From contig CAWFOM010000031.1 in NCBI GenBank assembly GCA_963817385.1, positions 32,001 to 96,000 of the forward strand: DNA of 64,000 bases, in the 5' to 3' direction. The position numbers were made by a program, and so were the translations under genes. The stretch's first letter is position 1. Every line of letters starts with the position of its first letter. The notes under the pieces are model-generated. The model had not been told where the DNA came from. It saw nothing but the letters and a program-made list of their open reading frames with translations, and made no database searches. The DNA comes from an uncultured delta proteobacterium. GTDB taxonomy: Bacteria; Desulfobacterota; Syntrophia; Syntrophales; UBA5619. Below are positions 47,903-58,399 of this stretch, one piece after another.

Positions 47903-48215
47903 TCAAATCATGCTTCCCGTTGTGATAAACCTGATGATCCTTGACAAGCCGTCCTGGATATTCCCCGCCGAAAATGTTGCCAGAAAGAGGAAGGCGACAT
48001 ACAAAAAGAGCAGCCGTTTGAAGCTCCGGTTTTCTTCAACGGCCGTCCCCCGCATGTGAAAAGCGGCGGCGCCCGAGGGGCAGACGTCCACGCAGGTTCC
48101 GCATTTCATGCAGGTCATGGCTTCCCCCTCCCCCCAGCAGGTACGGAACCAGGATGGGCGCGCAATAGGCCGCGCATACCGCTCCGCTACTGAGACCAAG
48201 AACAAACCCCTGCAT
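47903..48215 (-). pseudogene. Chimeric remnant: N-terminus of a Cys-containing membrane protein joined to the C-terminus of a 4Fe-4S membrane protein
   Basis: MQGFVLGLSSGAVCAAYCAPILVPYLLG, then (one base off) CMKCGTCVDVCP plus a TM segment. Confidence 0.6.
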
Positions 48216-48526
48216 GACAATCACCCGATGGTTGTTCGATGCCGTCAGTGAATAGGGCTTCCCGCAAAACCGTCACGCTTTGTACGGGAAATAACTATCA
48301 TAGAATCGGTTTTTTTTGCACACGCGTAAATTGATCCAGGCTCGTGAGCTTCGCCTTCGCAGAAGACGGGTTTATAATTTTTCTTGACTTTGTTTATTGA
48401 AAACATTGATGATATACAGAATAGGTGATTTTGTATCTGGATTCGCTTGTGCACAAGTATGGGAAATCGGACGGTAATGTTCTAACAAATTAATTTTACC
48501 AATGTATTTATCTTATTCACCGCAAG

Positions 48527-49996
48527 ATGAAGACAAAAAAAGTGGATACCCTATTGAGACGTTTTTCCATTTTGTATGTGGGTTTTGCTCTTCTCCCCTT
48601 GCTGTTCATCCTTTATCTTTTCACTCTGTACAATGACCGAAATACGGTAATCGAATTTTCTCGCGACCGATTCAGCCTGTTTGCGCTCTTAGTCGGTGTA
48701 ACCGCGTTGGTAGGATATCTCAGCTTGCGCGCCGCTCTTGCGCGCTTTGTTACTTTTTCGGAAACGGTCAAAATGTCCGTCCTTGAAAAGATCGATTCCA
48801 AAGTCATGCTGAAACTGGTCGATGAGGAAGGGGAAATCGGCGAACTCGCCAAATCGTTCGCTCAGATCATCAAACGGCTCGACGACAACGTTCAGGAGCT
48901 GGAGGAAACGAAGACGACGCTTCAGGAGCTGATGAAAAAGATCAGCAATGTGCTTTCCTCCGCGGAGAACTTCGACAGTTTGGTGAATCTCGTTCTGGAG
49001 ACGACGGTTGATGCCCTGGGAGTGAAACAAGGCGCCTTGTTTTCTTTCGATAACGATCATTACACTCTAAAGGCAAGGGTAGGCATTGGAAATGATGTCA
49101 CCGACGACTGGGCGATATCGTCCGTAAAATTATATCTGGATCTGATTGCAAAAGAAAACAGGGTCTTCGTTCTTCCGGCAATGGGAAAGACCGAACAACC
49201 CGCCGGTTTGTTCACCCCCCCGTTGATCTGCAATTCGCTCATGTATCGCGGAAAAATCTGGGGCGCCTTACTGTTGAGCGGTAAGAAGCACGGCGACAAT
49301 TTTTCAGATGACGATTTGGGCATCGTTTCAAATTTGAGCAATCAAATGGCTGTTTCATTTGAAAACGCAAAGTTGAACAGCGATGCGGAGCAGACCTATT
49401 TTGAAACCATGGCGGCGTTGGCAATGGCGGTAGAGGCGCGCGATCCTTACTCGCGCGGTCATTCCGATCGCGTGGGCGAATATGCGCAGAAAATCGGTTC
49501 CGAGATGGGACTCCCCGAGGAAAGCATCAAAATCCTCCTCGCCGCTTCGCGTTTGCATGACATAGGCAAGATCGGGATTATGGATTCCGTTCTGGTTAAA
49601 CAGGGGGCGCTCAGCACCGATGAGAGAGAGATCATCAACAGGCATCCGATCATCGGGGAAACCATCCTCATGCCGTTAAAGACTTTCAAGCCTCTTCTGG
49701 ACCCTATCCGGCATCATCACGAAACCCTCGACGGCAGCGGCTATCCCGACGGCCTCCGCGGCGATGAAGTGAACCTCATTACCCGCGTTCTGTCCGTTGC
49801 AGACATCTACGACGCCATGACCACGGATCGCCCTTACAGAAAAGCAATGAATTTCTCCTTGGTAAAAAAGGATTTCGATTCCCTTGTCGCCGAAGGGAAA
49901 ATCGACGGGGAAGTCGTTTCTCATCTCTATCGCATGATCGAAAAAGCGATCTATGCTCCCACAGATAACCCCGTGGGGGGTGATTCTTCACATTAA
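48527..49996 (+). CDS. Membrane HAMP-GAF-HD-GYP phosphodiesterase
   Basis: Two TM segments; EIGELAKSF (HAMP); GAF; ARDPYSRGHS.RV, LHDIGKIG, HHETLDGSGYPDGL, DRPYRKA. Confidence 0.92.
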   Translation: MKTKKVDTLLRRFSILYVGFALLPLLFILYLFTLYNDRNTVIEFSRDRFSLFALLVGVTALVGYLSLRAALARFVTFSETVKMSVLEKIDSKVMLKLVDEEGEIGELAKSFAQIIKRLDDNVQELEETKTTLQELMKKISNVLSSAENFDSLVNLVLETTVDALGVKQGALFSFDNDHYTLKARVGIGNDVTDDWAISSVKLYLDLIAKENRVFVLPAMGKTEQPAGLFTPPLICNSLMYRGKIWGALLLSGKKHGDNFSDDDLGIVSNLSNQMAVSFENAKLNSDAEQTYFETMAALAMAVEARDPYSRGHSDRVGEYAQKIGSEMGLPEESIKILLAASRLHDIGKIGIMDSVLVKQGALSTDEREIINRHPIIGETILMPLKTFKPLLDPIRHHHETLDGSGYPDGLRGDEVNLITRVLSVADIYDAMTTDRPYRKAMNFSLVKKDFDSLVAEGKIDGEVVSHLYRMIEKAIYAPTDNPVGGDSSH

Positions 49997-50312
49997 ATCA
50001 CAAAAAAACTTCTCTGCACGGACATAATCCGACGATTCGCAATAATGATGATGACGAAGGATCCGATGTGAATGCGGAAGTGGAGGCGGGAAGACGATAG
50101 CGCTCGTTCCGAGATGTCCCGCGGCGGCTTTTCCCTAACCGGACGGTGCTGGAGGGAAGGTCGGAATTTAGAGCTTGCAATTCAATCTCTGTCGGGGTAA
50201 ATTTCCTGCCGCTTGCAGTGAATCGGCCTTACAGGGCAGGGTTCTTGACGCGTCGCTGTTCGTAGCGGGGTAGTTCTTTGAGAGAAAAAACAAAATAAGG
50301 AGGTTGGGTAAG

Positions 50313-51284
50313 ATGAAACGTTACAAATCGACTGTTTTGATTGTGTTAGCGTTGTTACTGGTTATCGGACCGGGGACCGCCTGGGGGGCATTCCCCGAGA
50401 AACCCATCACCCTGGTGGTAGGCTCCGGGCCCGGTTCGGGAAGCGACACCGTCTGCCGGGTCATTTCGGCATCATTCAAGAAGTACAATCTTCTGCCCCA
50501 GCCAATCGTCGTCGAGAACAAAACGGGCGGCGGCCATGGTGTAGCCATGGCGTATGTAGGCGGCAAAAAAAAAGATCCCTACTACCTCATGCTCACGACA
50601 ACGCTTTTCCTATTGACGCCACTGCAAACAAAATTGCCGGTTACCTACAAGGACTTCACACCCATTGCCAACATTTCCTTCGATGAGCATGTGCTGATGG
50701 TCAATTATAATTCCAAGTTCAAATCGATAAAGGATATTGTGGATTTCGCCAAGGCGAACCCCGAAACGATCACCATGGGCGGCGCTCATCCCGGCGGTGC
50801 GGAATCCATCAACACGTATCGTTTTGAAAAGGCAGTAGGAGTCAAGTTAAAGTACGTCGCTTTTAGCGGCGGCGGTGATGCCATCGTAGCGCTTCTCGGG
50901 GGTCATTTAGACATGGCCTCTGCCAATCCCGGCGAGATTACGGAGCTGGTGAACGGCAAGAAGGTCCGTCTCCTTGGAGTTCTTGCGGATAAACGAATGC
51001 CGGCATTCCCCGATCTTCCCACCATCAAGGAACAGATCGGGATCGATGTGACCGGCTTGGGGATGTGGCGCGGTGTTGTTGCCCCCGCGGGCATTCCCGA
51101 TGATGCTTCCAAGGTTTTACAGGAAGCCTTTTTCAAATATTCTCAAACCGAGGACTATAAGAAGTTCCACAAGGACAATGGGATCACCGAGGGGTATTTG
51201 GATGGTCCCGCATTTTCCAAATATCTGGAGGCAAAGAATACGGGCTTTAAGACCATATTAACGGGGATGGGTCTTCTGAAGTAA
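50313..51284 (+). CDS. tctC: TctC/Bug substrate-binding protein (set 4)
   Basis: Signal peptide; FPEKPITLVV, VENKTGG, LLGGHLD. Confidence 0.9.
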   Translation: MKRYKSTVLIVLALLLVIGPGTAWGAFPEKPITLVVGSGPGSGSDTVCRVISASFKKYNLLPQPIVVENKTGGGHGVAMAYVGGKKKDPYYLMLTTTLFLLTPLQTKLPVTYKDFTPIANISFDEHVLMVNYNSKFKSIKDIVDFAKANPETITMGGAHPGGAESINTYRFEKAVGVKLKYVAFSGGGDAIVALLGGHLDMASANPGEITELVNGKKVRLLGVLADKRMPAFPDLPTIKEQIGIDVTGLGMWRGVVAPAGIPDDASKVLQEAFFKYSQTEDYKKFHKDNGITEGYLDGPAFSKYLEAKNTGFKTILTGMGLLK

Positions 51285-51360
51285 CAAAGGACGGTGCAGG
51301 GGCATAGATAGATGGCTATCTCCCTGCACCGATGCATTTATCCAAAAGGCAGGAACCCTC

Positions 51361-51834
51361 ATGAAAAGAGCGAATCAGATAACCGGTATTGTCTTATTGA
51401 TTTTTTCCGGATACATCATCGTGACGGCCATGCAGATGCCTCTGCGGGCAATAACGGGAAGGACAAGTTTTGCTCCGGCGACGGGATTCCTCCCCATGTG
51501 GTTGGGGATTATCATGGCGATTCTCTCCATACTCCTGATCGTCAATGCCACCCTGCAGCAGGCTGATTCCACTCGGGAGGCGGTTTTTCCGCGCGGAAGG
51601 GCGCTTCTGGCCGTAGTGCTATTCCTGGCGGGCCTGGCGGCGTACATTGCCCTGCTGGAGGTCCTGGGGTACCTCTCGGCCACGGCGCTTCTTACCGCAT
51701 TTCTGTTGCGCTTCGTGATGCAGGCCAGCTGGAAAACGACTCTTCTGGTCGCCGTGAGCGCAGCCATTGTTCTTTTTGTCATATTCCATGTGCTGCTGCA
51801 CGTGGATCTTCCGAAAAATATGTTTGGATTCTGA
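51361..51834 (+). CDS. tctB: TctB (set 4)
   Basis: PATGFLP motif, four TM segments, LLHVDLPK. Confidence 0.85.
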   Translation: MKRANQITGIVLLIFSGYIIVTAMQMPLRAITGRTSFAPATGFLPMWLGIIMAILSILLIVNATLQQADSTREAVFPRGRALLAVVLFLAGLAAYIALLEVLGYLSATALLTAFLLRFVMQASWKTTLLVAVSAAIVLFVIFHVLLHVDLPKNMFGF

Positions 51835-51909
51835 CGACTCGCCGTATCGCCCAAGGCGATCGACTGGGGAGTCCGGCTCAGAGGGTTGTTTCAATAGGGA
51901 GATACTCGC

Positions 51910-53418
51910 TTGGATACCATTCAGAATCTCATCATGGGTTTTCAAGTAGCCCTCTCCTGGCAGAACCTTTTTTTCTGCTTTATGGGCTGTTTGATGGGGA
52001 CGCTCATCGGCGTGCTTCCGGGCATCGGGCCGGCCGCGGGGGTGTCCATTCTCATCCCTCTCACCTTCGGGATGAATACCACTACCGCCCTCATCACGAT
52101 GGCCGGCCTCTATTTCGGCGCCATGTATGGCGGATCGACCACCTCTATTCTCGTCAATGTGCCGGGTGAAGCGGCTTCCGTCGTGACTGCCCTTGATGGT
52201 TACCAGATGGCCCGCAAGGGGCGGGCCGGGCCTGCCCTGGGCATGGCCGCCCTGTCGTCGTTTTTCGCCGGCACCGTTTCCGTGATCCTGATCACATTCA
52301 CGGCCCCTCTGCTGGTTGCGGTTGCCCTCTCTTTCGGGCCGCCGGAGTATTTTGCCCTGACCTTCCTGGGCTTGACCCTCGTGACGAGTCTGACCGGCGA
52401 GTCCGCCATCAAAGGGCTGATGAGCGGCATCTTCGGGCTCATCATCGCCTGTGTAGGCATCGATCCGTCGAGCGGATTCGCGCGATTCACTTACGATCAG
52501 CTTTACCTGCTGGACGGCTTCGGATTCATCAATATCGCGGTTGGGCTCTTCGCGGTGGCTGAGGTGATGGAGAATATGGAGCAGCCCGCTGCGGAGATCT
52601 ACGCCAAGACCAAGCTGAGTTTCAAGAGCATGTTTCCCAACATACAGGATTGGAAGGACTCCTTCGGCGCCCTCTGGCGGGGTACCGTCATCGGTTTCTT
52701 TATCGGGGTGCTGCCGGGAGCCGGGCCGACGATCGCATCGTTCCTTACTTACACCGTGGAGAAAAAGGTCAGCAGGCACCCGGAGAAGTTCGGCACCGGG
52801 GTCATAGAAGGGGTTGCAGCGCCGGAAAGCGCCAACAACGCCGCCGCCGGAGGTGCATTTGTCCCCATGCTCACGCTGGGAATCCCCGGTTCCGGGGTGA
52901 CGGCCATACTCCTGGGCGCCCTCCTCCTCCACGGGCTTCGCCCCGGACCGATGCTGATGCAGACAAATCCCGAATTCGTCTGGGGACTGATCGCCAGCAT
53001 GTATATCGGGAATGTGATGCTGGTCATCCTGAACATGCCTTTGATCGGACTGTGGGTGGCCATGCTGCGCGTCCCCTACAAGGTTATGATGCCGCTTATC
53101 GTCGCCATATCCGCTGTCGGTATCTATGCCACGGAAAATAACATCTTTGACCTGTGGGTGATGCTCGGCTTCGGCATCCTCGGTTTCGTGATGCGGAAGC
53201 TTGATTTTCCCGCGTCACCGATCGTGCTGGCCGTAGTGCTTGGCCCCCTGGTGGAGAATTCCCTGAAACAGTCGCTGATCATCTCGGGGGGAAGCGTGGC
53301 CATCTTTTTTACCCGGCCGATCGCGGCTGTGTTTATCATCTTTGCCCTATTGTCCATCTTTGCACCTCTGTTCAGCACCGCTTGGCGAAAACTGAGGGCG
53401 GAAGGGGAGGACGCATAA
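51910..53418 (+). CDS. tctA: TctA (set 4), TTG start
   Basis: GVLPGIG, YFGAMYGGS, APESANNA motifs. Confidence 0.95.
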   Translation: MDTIQNLIMGFQVALSWQNLFFCFMGCLMGTLIGVLPGIGPAAGVSILIPLTFGMNTTTALITMAGLYFGAMYGGSTTSILVNVPGEAASVVTALDGYQMARKGRAGPALGMAALSSFFAGTVSVILITFTAPLLVAVALSFGPPEYFALTFLGLTLVTSLTGESAIKGLMSGIFGLIIACVGIDPSSGFARFTYDQLYLLDGFGFINIAVGLFAVAEVMENMEQPAAEIYAKTKLSFKSMFPNIQDWKDSFGALWRGTVIGFFIGVLPGAGPTIASFLTYTVEKKVSRHPEKFGTGVIEGVAAPESANNAAAGGAFVPMLTLGIPGSGVTAILLGALLLHGLRPGPMLMQTNPEFVWGLIASMYIGNVMLVILNMPLIGLWVAMLRVPYKVMMPLIVAISAVGIYATENNIFDLWVMLGFGILGFVMRKLDFPASPIVLAVVLGPLVENSLKQSLIISGGSVAIFFTRPIAAVFIIFALLSIFAPLFSTAWRKLRAEGEDA

Positions 53419-53695
53419 TGGATGACCAAAACTGACAAAGAGGATGTTGTTGAAGGAGCAGACGGTGAAAATGGGAAGAAGGATCGCGTGCTGTTGACCG
53501 CTCTGCCATGGCCCGTACCGGGCCTGGAGGCCTGCCCGGTGAGACTCTTAGCGCTGGAAGAATTGTAGGCCGGGCAAGAAGCCCCGTTCGTCTGATGATG
53601 AAGCAGTCGGGAGATCACAAGGCCTCCTGACTGCCTTACCTGATACTGAAATCGCACTGCCGGGAAACCAATCCATGTCGGTCATGGAGCGGCGG

Positions 53696-54478
53696 CTAAC
53701 TCTGCCGCGCCGTTTTTATCGCATCAGAAAAATACTTTCTTATCAAAGTGATATCGTGTCCCAGCGTAATCACTTGTGCTTTGCCTTTCCACGCAGCCAC
53801 GGTTTCGGCAAAATCCTGAGCGGTCGGATCAAGGTTTACCGATATGTATTTCCCCCGATTTTTGGCGGCGGTAAATATTTTCTCCTCCAGGGCAAGAACC
53901 GCCGGGTGATTCTTCTGCCCGGTAAGACCCAGGGCATTTGCCAAATCTCCCCTTCCGCTGCCGATCATATCAATCCCGTCCACATGCAAGGTGTTTTCCA
54001 GGTTATCAGCGGCTTCCTTGCTTTCGATTTGAATGCCCAGCAGGAGTTCCTCGTTCGACCATTTTGCGTAATCCCCGCCGCTGATCGCACCATACCGGGC
54101 AACCCTCGAAGCGGCGTACGTGCCGCGATCCCCCATCGGGGCGAAGTGGACGGCGTCAACCACCGATCTGGCCTTTTCAGGAGAGGAGACGTCAGGGATG
54201 AAGAGACCCATAGCGCCCATCTCCAGGACGTTCGCGATCAGGTGCGGATCGTTATCCAGCCGGACCATGGGCGTTACGCCGCTTGCCTCCGCGGCCCTGA
54301 TCATATTGACGATGGTGGGGATATCATACGCGTTATGGCTGACGTCGATACGAACGAAGTCGAACCCCGCATATCCGGCCATCTCCACCATCGCGGGGGA
54401 AGTCACGCCGATGTATATTCCGAATACCGTCTTTCCATCCTTGATCGCCTGTTTCACTGGATTTTTTTTCAACTGCAT
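53696..54478 (-). CDS. HpcH/HpaI aldolase family protein
   Basis: VEMAGYAGFDFVRID..H, PMVR, FAPMGDRG, IQIES, GRGDLA. Confidence 0.9.
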   Translation of the reverse strand: MQLKKNPVKQAIKDGKTVFGIYIGVTSPAMVEMAGYAGFDFVRIDVSHNAYDIPTIVNMIRAAEASGVTPMVRLDNDPHLIANVLEMGAMGLFIPDVSSPEKARSVVDAVHFAPMGDRGTYAASRVARYGAISGGDYAKWSNEELLLGIQIESKEAADNLENTLHVDGIDMIGSGRGDLANALGLTGQKNHPAVLALEEKIFTAAKNRGKYISVNLDPTAQDFAETVAAWKGKAQVITLGHDITLIRKYFSDAIKTARQS

Positions 54479-54610
54479 AGTCAAAATTGCTCCTTATCTC
54501 ACAAGAATACGGGTTAGGGTTTCCCTCACTGCTCCGGTTTCCCTAACCTCACACGACGCGGTTGATGGGTTGACCGCCGTTGAGGTCATTGACCAGTTGC
54601 TGCGCTGCCA

Positions 54611-55192
54611 TCAGTTAACTCCTTTTCCCAGCAGGAAGGCGCGGCTCAGGGAAATCGCGGGCGCCTCCAGAATCCGGAATCCCGCGTCCCGGCAGACCGT
54701 GAGCGTTCGCTCAAGGCTCTTGAGCGTCACATGGTATTTCGGCTCGACCAAAAGGAGCCGGCCCCCTGGTTTCAAGAGGTCAAAAATCTCGTGAAAAAAA
54801 CGGGGTTTGTCCGCCACCTCATGGGCCATCCAGAATGCAAGGGCGAAATCGGCAGGCCCCTCGACCCCCAAGCTCTCTTTCCGGCAGCGGCGGCTTATGA
54901 TCCGGTCGGCAACCCCCGCCCTGATGGACCGTTTTCCCAAGGCGTCCAGCATCCGCTGCTGGAGATCGACCGCGATCACCTTCCCTCCGGGTCCTGCCAG
55001 CTTCGCCAGGCCTATGGTGAAGTACCCCATCCCGCAGCCGATATCGACGACGGTCATGCCGGGCTTCACATATGCCCCCAGGAGAGGCTCCGGGTCATGA
55101 AAGAGGCGGCGGAGGGGGTTGTCGAAACTATAGCAGAGCCACCAGGGGCATACCTTATCATTCATCCGCCGCATCTTATCGAATAAAACCAT
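54611..55192 (-). CDS. Class I SAM-dependent methyltransferase
   Basis: VCPWW..YSFDNPLR, VVDIGCGMGYF, LKPGG. Confidence 0.9.
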   Translation of the reverse strand: MVLFDKMRRMNDKVCPWWLCYSFDNPLRRLFHDPEPLLGAYVKPGMTVVDIGCGMGYFTIGLAKLAGPGGKVIAVDLQQRMLDALGKRSIRAGVADRIISRRCRKESLGVEGPADFALAFWMAHEVADKPRFFHEIFDLLKPGGRLLLVEPKYHVTLKSLERTLTVCRDAGFRILEAPAISLSRAFLLGKGVN

Positions 55193-55214
55193 GCCGATCC
55201 CCTCCCTCGTCCGT

Positions 55215-55454
55215 TTAGAGCTTATTGTGGGCGCCGTCGCAGAATGGCGGTTTTGCCGTGCGTCGGCAGCCGCACCAGGCGACCGTCTTGGGGTGGTTGA
55301 TCTCCGTTTCCACGGGGATCATACCGGTGTTGAGCCGTTCGTGGGCGCCGTCGCAGAACGGCTGGGTTTCGGTATGACCGCAGCTGCACCAGGAATACGT
55401 TCCCGGCTGCATATCCATGACATACGGCCCCTTCTTGGCAATCTTCGCTTCCAT
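55215..55454 (-). CDS. Tandem CDGSH iron-sulfur domain protein
   Basis: Two WCxCx7PFCDGAH motifs; RBS GGAG before ATG 55454. Confidence 0.9.
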   Translation of the reverse strand: MEAKIAKKGPYVMDMQPGTYSWCSCGHTETQPFCDGAHERLNTGMIPVETEINHPKTVAWCGCRRTAKPPFCDGAHNKL

Positions 55455-55697
55455 GATTGGCTCTCCTCGGTATCTATATGGTTTATCCGGCAGAACACCC
55501 TTTTTCGGCGGGGAAAGTATAGGGGGCAGGGCTTTACCTGTCAACTGTTTTAACGGGGAGAAGCCAGACATCGTTCGAGACCGGTCATGGACGAACGGGA
55601 CCGGCATGGGGACGACTGACCGATGGAGGCCGCGGCTGCCCATTCCTGCTGACACCCAGCGGGAGCCTCGGCAGATCGAGAATCGACGGGGCAGCGC

Positions 55698-56663
55698 CTA
55701 CTCCACTTTCTTCCAGGTTGCATCGGGATTAAACGTCGTCATGGCCGTAGCGATTCCGGCCGTGTCTCTTCCCATGTCCTTCCGGTAGACCACGCCTTCG
55801 TGATTGACGATAAAGGTATGGATGCCGGTGGACCCGTACACGGCGGGGAAGGCCACAACGGCGAAGCCGCCGATCATCTTCCCGGCGATGACGTAGCTAT
55901 GAGCGCCGCCATTTGCGTTATCTCCTTGAGCCATAAGGATCCTGTAGAGGTAGCCATGGTAAGGGACGGATTTCCCTACCGCATCGCGGTAACCCTCGGC
56001 CCGGGCATGGGCGACCAGGGGCCCCAGCGGGCTGGGCGTATCGCCCGGCGACGCCTCCCAGTAGAGGCCGTCTTTCTTCCCCTTCGAACTTTCGAACTTC
56101 TGCGCATATTCGGGCTGCCCGTTTATGACATTTATCAGATCCGCATAATCATCCTGGGCATCCGTGATCGCCAGGCATACCTGGATGGCATTGAGCTCAT
56201 TCGCTCCGATCCGGCGGCAGAAGAGTTCCTCTTTGCCGGCTTGGGTATCGAAGCGCCAGTTTTGCTTGACTTTCACAATCGGGAACGGGAAGGGCCAGTC
56301 GTCGTTCCCGATGAACAGCTTCACCGATCCGTCACTGGCCGGTTCCAACCGGTTCTTTTCTTCGTATGCCTTCGAGAACTGCTCCCGGCGCTGCCGATCC
56401 TGCACCTTGTCGCCGGATGAGACGAGCGTCGCACTGCCGGGTCCCAGGATGCGCATGAGTTCGTCCGATTTGCCCTCGTTGACGGCCTTCACCAAGGCGT
56501 TCACGGCCGCCTCGGGGGATGCAAAGGTCCGCTGTTTCACGGGTGCTGCAAGAGCGTTGCCCGGAAGAAGAGAGGTGATCATGAGCATGGCCGCCATACC
56601 GATGGTATTGAGACGCCTTAACGGAATCGATTTATTCGGAAAGATGTTTCGAAACATCGACAT
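55698..56663 (-). CDS. DUF2950 family exported protein
   Basis: FASPEAA, WPFPFPIV, RRIGANE, DGLYW, PYHGY.Y.IL, YGSTGIHTF; paired with DUF3300. Confidence 0.88.
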   Translation of the reverse strand: MSMFRNIFPNKSIPLRRLNTIGMAAMLMITSLLPGNALAAPVKQRTFASPEAAVNALVKAVNEGKSDELMRILGPGSATLVSSGDKVQDRQRREQFSKAYEEKNRLEPASDGSVKLFIGNDDWPFPFPIVKVKQNWRFDTQAGKEELFCRRIGANELNAIQVCLAITDAQDDYADLINVINGQPEYAQKFESSKGKKDGLYWEASPGDTPSPLGPLVAHARAEGYRDAVGKSVPYHGYLYRILMAQGDNANGGAHSYVIAGKMIGGFAVVAFPAVYGSTGIHTFIVNHEGVVYRKDMGRDTAGIATAMTTFNPDATWKKVE

Positions 56664-56686
56664 GCCTCCCTGAGAGAAAATCACTG

Positions 56687-58064
56687 TCATCGGCGACCGC
56701 CCTGGGGACCGCGTCCGCCTGAACCGCTGCGTGTGCCGCCGGTTGATTCACCGCTGCGCGTGCCGCCGCCGGCACCTGGTACGCCGTCCGTCATCCGTTC
56801 CCCGGAGGGAACAGCGGGGACAGCGGGCCTGATCGCAGCCCCCCAGGAGCTCTGGCGGCGAACCTCGCTGCCCTGCCCGATGCCGCGAAAGGCGTCCATA
56901 TTCCTGCCTCCCCCGCCGGCGGGCCTGCTCACCGACGGGGCGGGGATACGATTTACCGTTCCCTGGGGCAGGGAGGGAGGAGGGAAACGGCGCGGGGGAC
57001 GCCGGTTCTTCCGCTCGCTGCGCCGGGAACCGACTACCGCACCGCGATTGCCGGTCCCGCCATCAAGAGTTCCCCGAGCACCGCCGGGAGTGCCCATCGT
57101 TCCACCCGATCTCCGGGCGGGGCCGGCCGGGTGCCCCGCCGGGACTCCGGTCGAATCCCCTGAACGGACGGCGATTCTCGACAGCACCCGGATTTGTCTG
57201 CCTGAGCCGCTCACGGAGAGACGGATCCCGGTAGGGTACGCCCCGTCGATGGCCGGGGTCGTGCATCCAGGGTGTCGTCCTCATGTTCGAGACGTCGATG
57301 TTTCTCCGGTTGATATTGATATTACGATTCTCGTTGACGAAAACACGATGCTGTCTCCAGTCCCAGTGCCCCCAGACATGCCCCCAGAAGGCCCCGACGA
57401 AGCAGCCGACTCCGAACGCAATGAACCCCGGAGTGATGATCACGCCGGGCCAGTAGGGATAGACGACATACGGGGGATAGCCCGGCCACCACCATGGGCC
57501 GTACACCCACGAGGGGTCATAAGCGGGGACATAGACAACCTCCGGGTTGGTTGGCTCGATCCGAATGGAGTCATTTTCCGCGGTCACCCGTTGCTTCTCC
57601 GAGCTTCTCAGGTTGTCTGCGGCGTACGCCTTTTGGCGGAGTCGCTGAACGGTGTCCATAACATCGCCTTCCTGGGCCAGAAAAGCGTCTCCCACCATCT
57701 CGGTCCAGTCCAGCTTTTCGCTCATCATGGACAGAACGTCCGGGAAAGGCGCCAGGGCCTTAACGCTGGCATCCCAGGCCCGATTGTCAAGGGCATCGTT
57801 GAGCCGGTCCCCCTGGAGATCCTTGTTCTGCTTGATCCACCGGTCAGCCATCACCACTTCGAGAGGATAGGTCGCCGCCATCAGGATCTGGGCGAGAAGC
57901 GAATCCGGATAGAGCGCGATCGGCGCCATCATCTGGTCCAACTGCTCCTGGGAGAACTTTTTGGCGCCGCCCTGTGCATCCTGGGCGAATACCGGCGCCG
58001 GCGCTGCGAGCAGCAGGACCAGTGCCCAGATCACGGCTATCTGAAAAGTTTTTGGTTTCTTCAT
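56687..58064 (-). CDS. DUF3300 family protein with a frameshift near 57105 (ORF 57063-58064 plus tail 56687-57214)
   Basis: LDQMMAPIALYPD.LLAQ.LMAATYP, VYVPAYDP..VYG.W; the Gly/Arg tail (AFRGIGQG...RQSS.G) lies in another frame and ends at the DUF2950 5' region. Confidence 0.85.
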
Positions 58065-58232
58065 GACAATCCCTCGTCTGCTTCCATGTTTTCATTCAGT
58101 CTGCCGGGTCGCAAAGCCCTCTGTGGTCCCCGTGCCTTCAGGGACCAACGACTTCTTCAGTCTGGTGAATTTCGAACCCGCGATCACACCGCCGGCTATC
58201 AATTATAATCTAGGGCTGAAAAAACGAAATAC

Positions 58233-58258
58233 AATGAGGATTGAATGAAGGGTTAATG
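58233..58258 (-). promoter_or_regulatory. Direct repeats with an 11-bp period upstream of the DUF3300 operon
   Basis: AATG at 58233, 58244 and 58255; TATAAT about 25 bp downstream on the minus strand. Confidence 0.35.
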
Positions 58259-58399
58259 GTAGGGAGAATCTTCTTTTGCGTCTTATGGGTCTTTGCGGAG
58301 TCCAACCGGAAGCCGATATTTATCAAAAATATCTTAAGATAATATCTCGCTTTCTTATGAGCTGAGTATATGAAATTGACTACTCACAACGCCTATGCG

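Noticed and set aside
53418..53600. Short ORFs after tctA set 4
   Set aside because: Early stops and no convincing homology; at most a remnant
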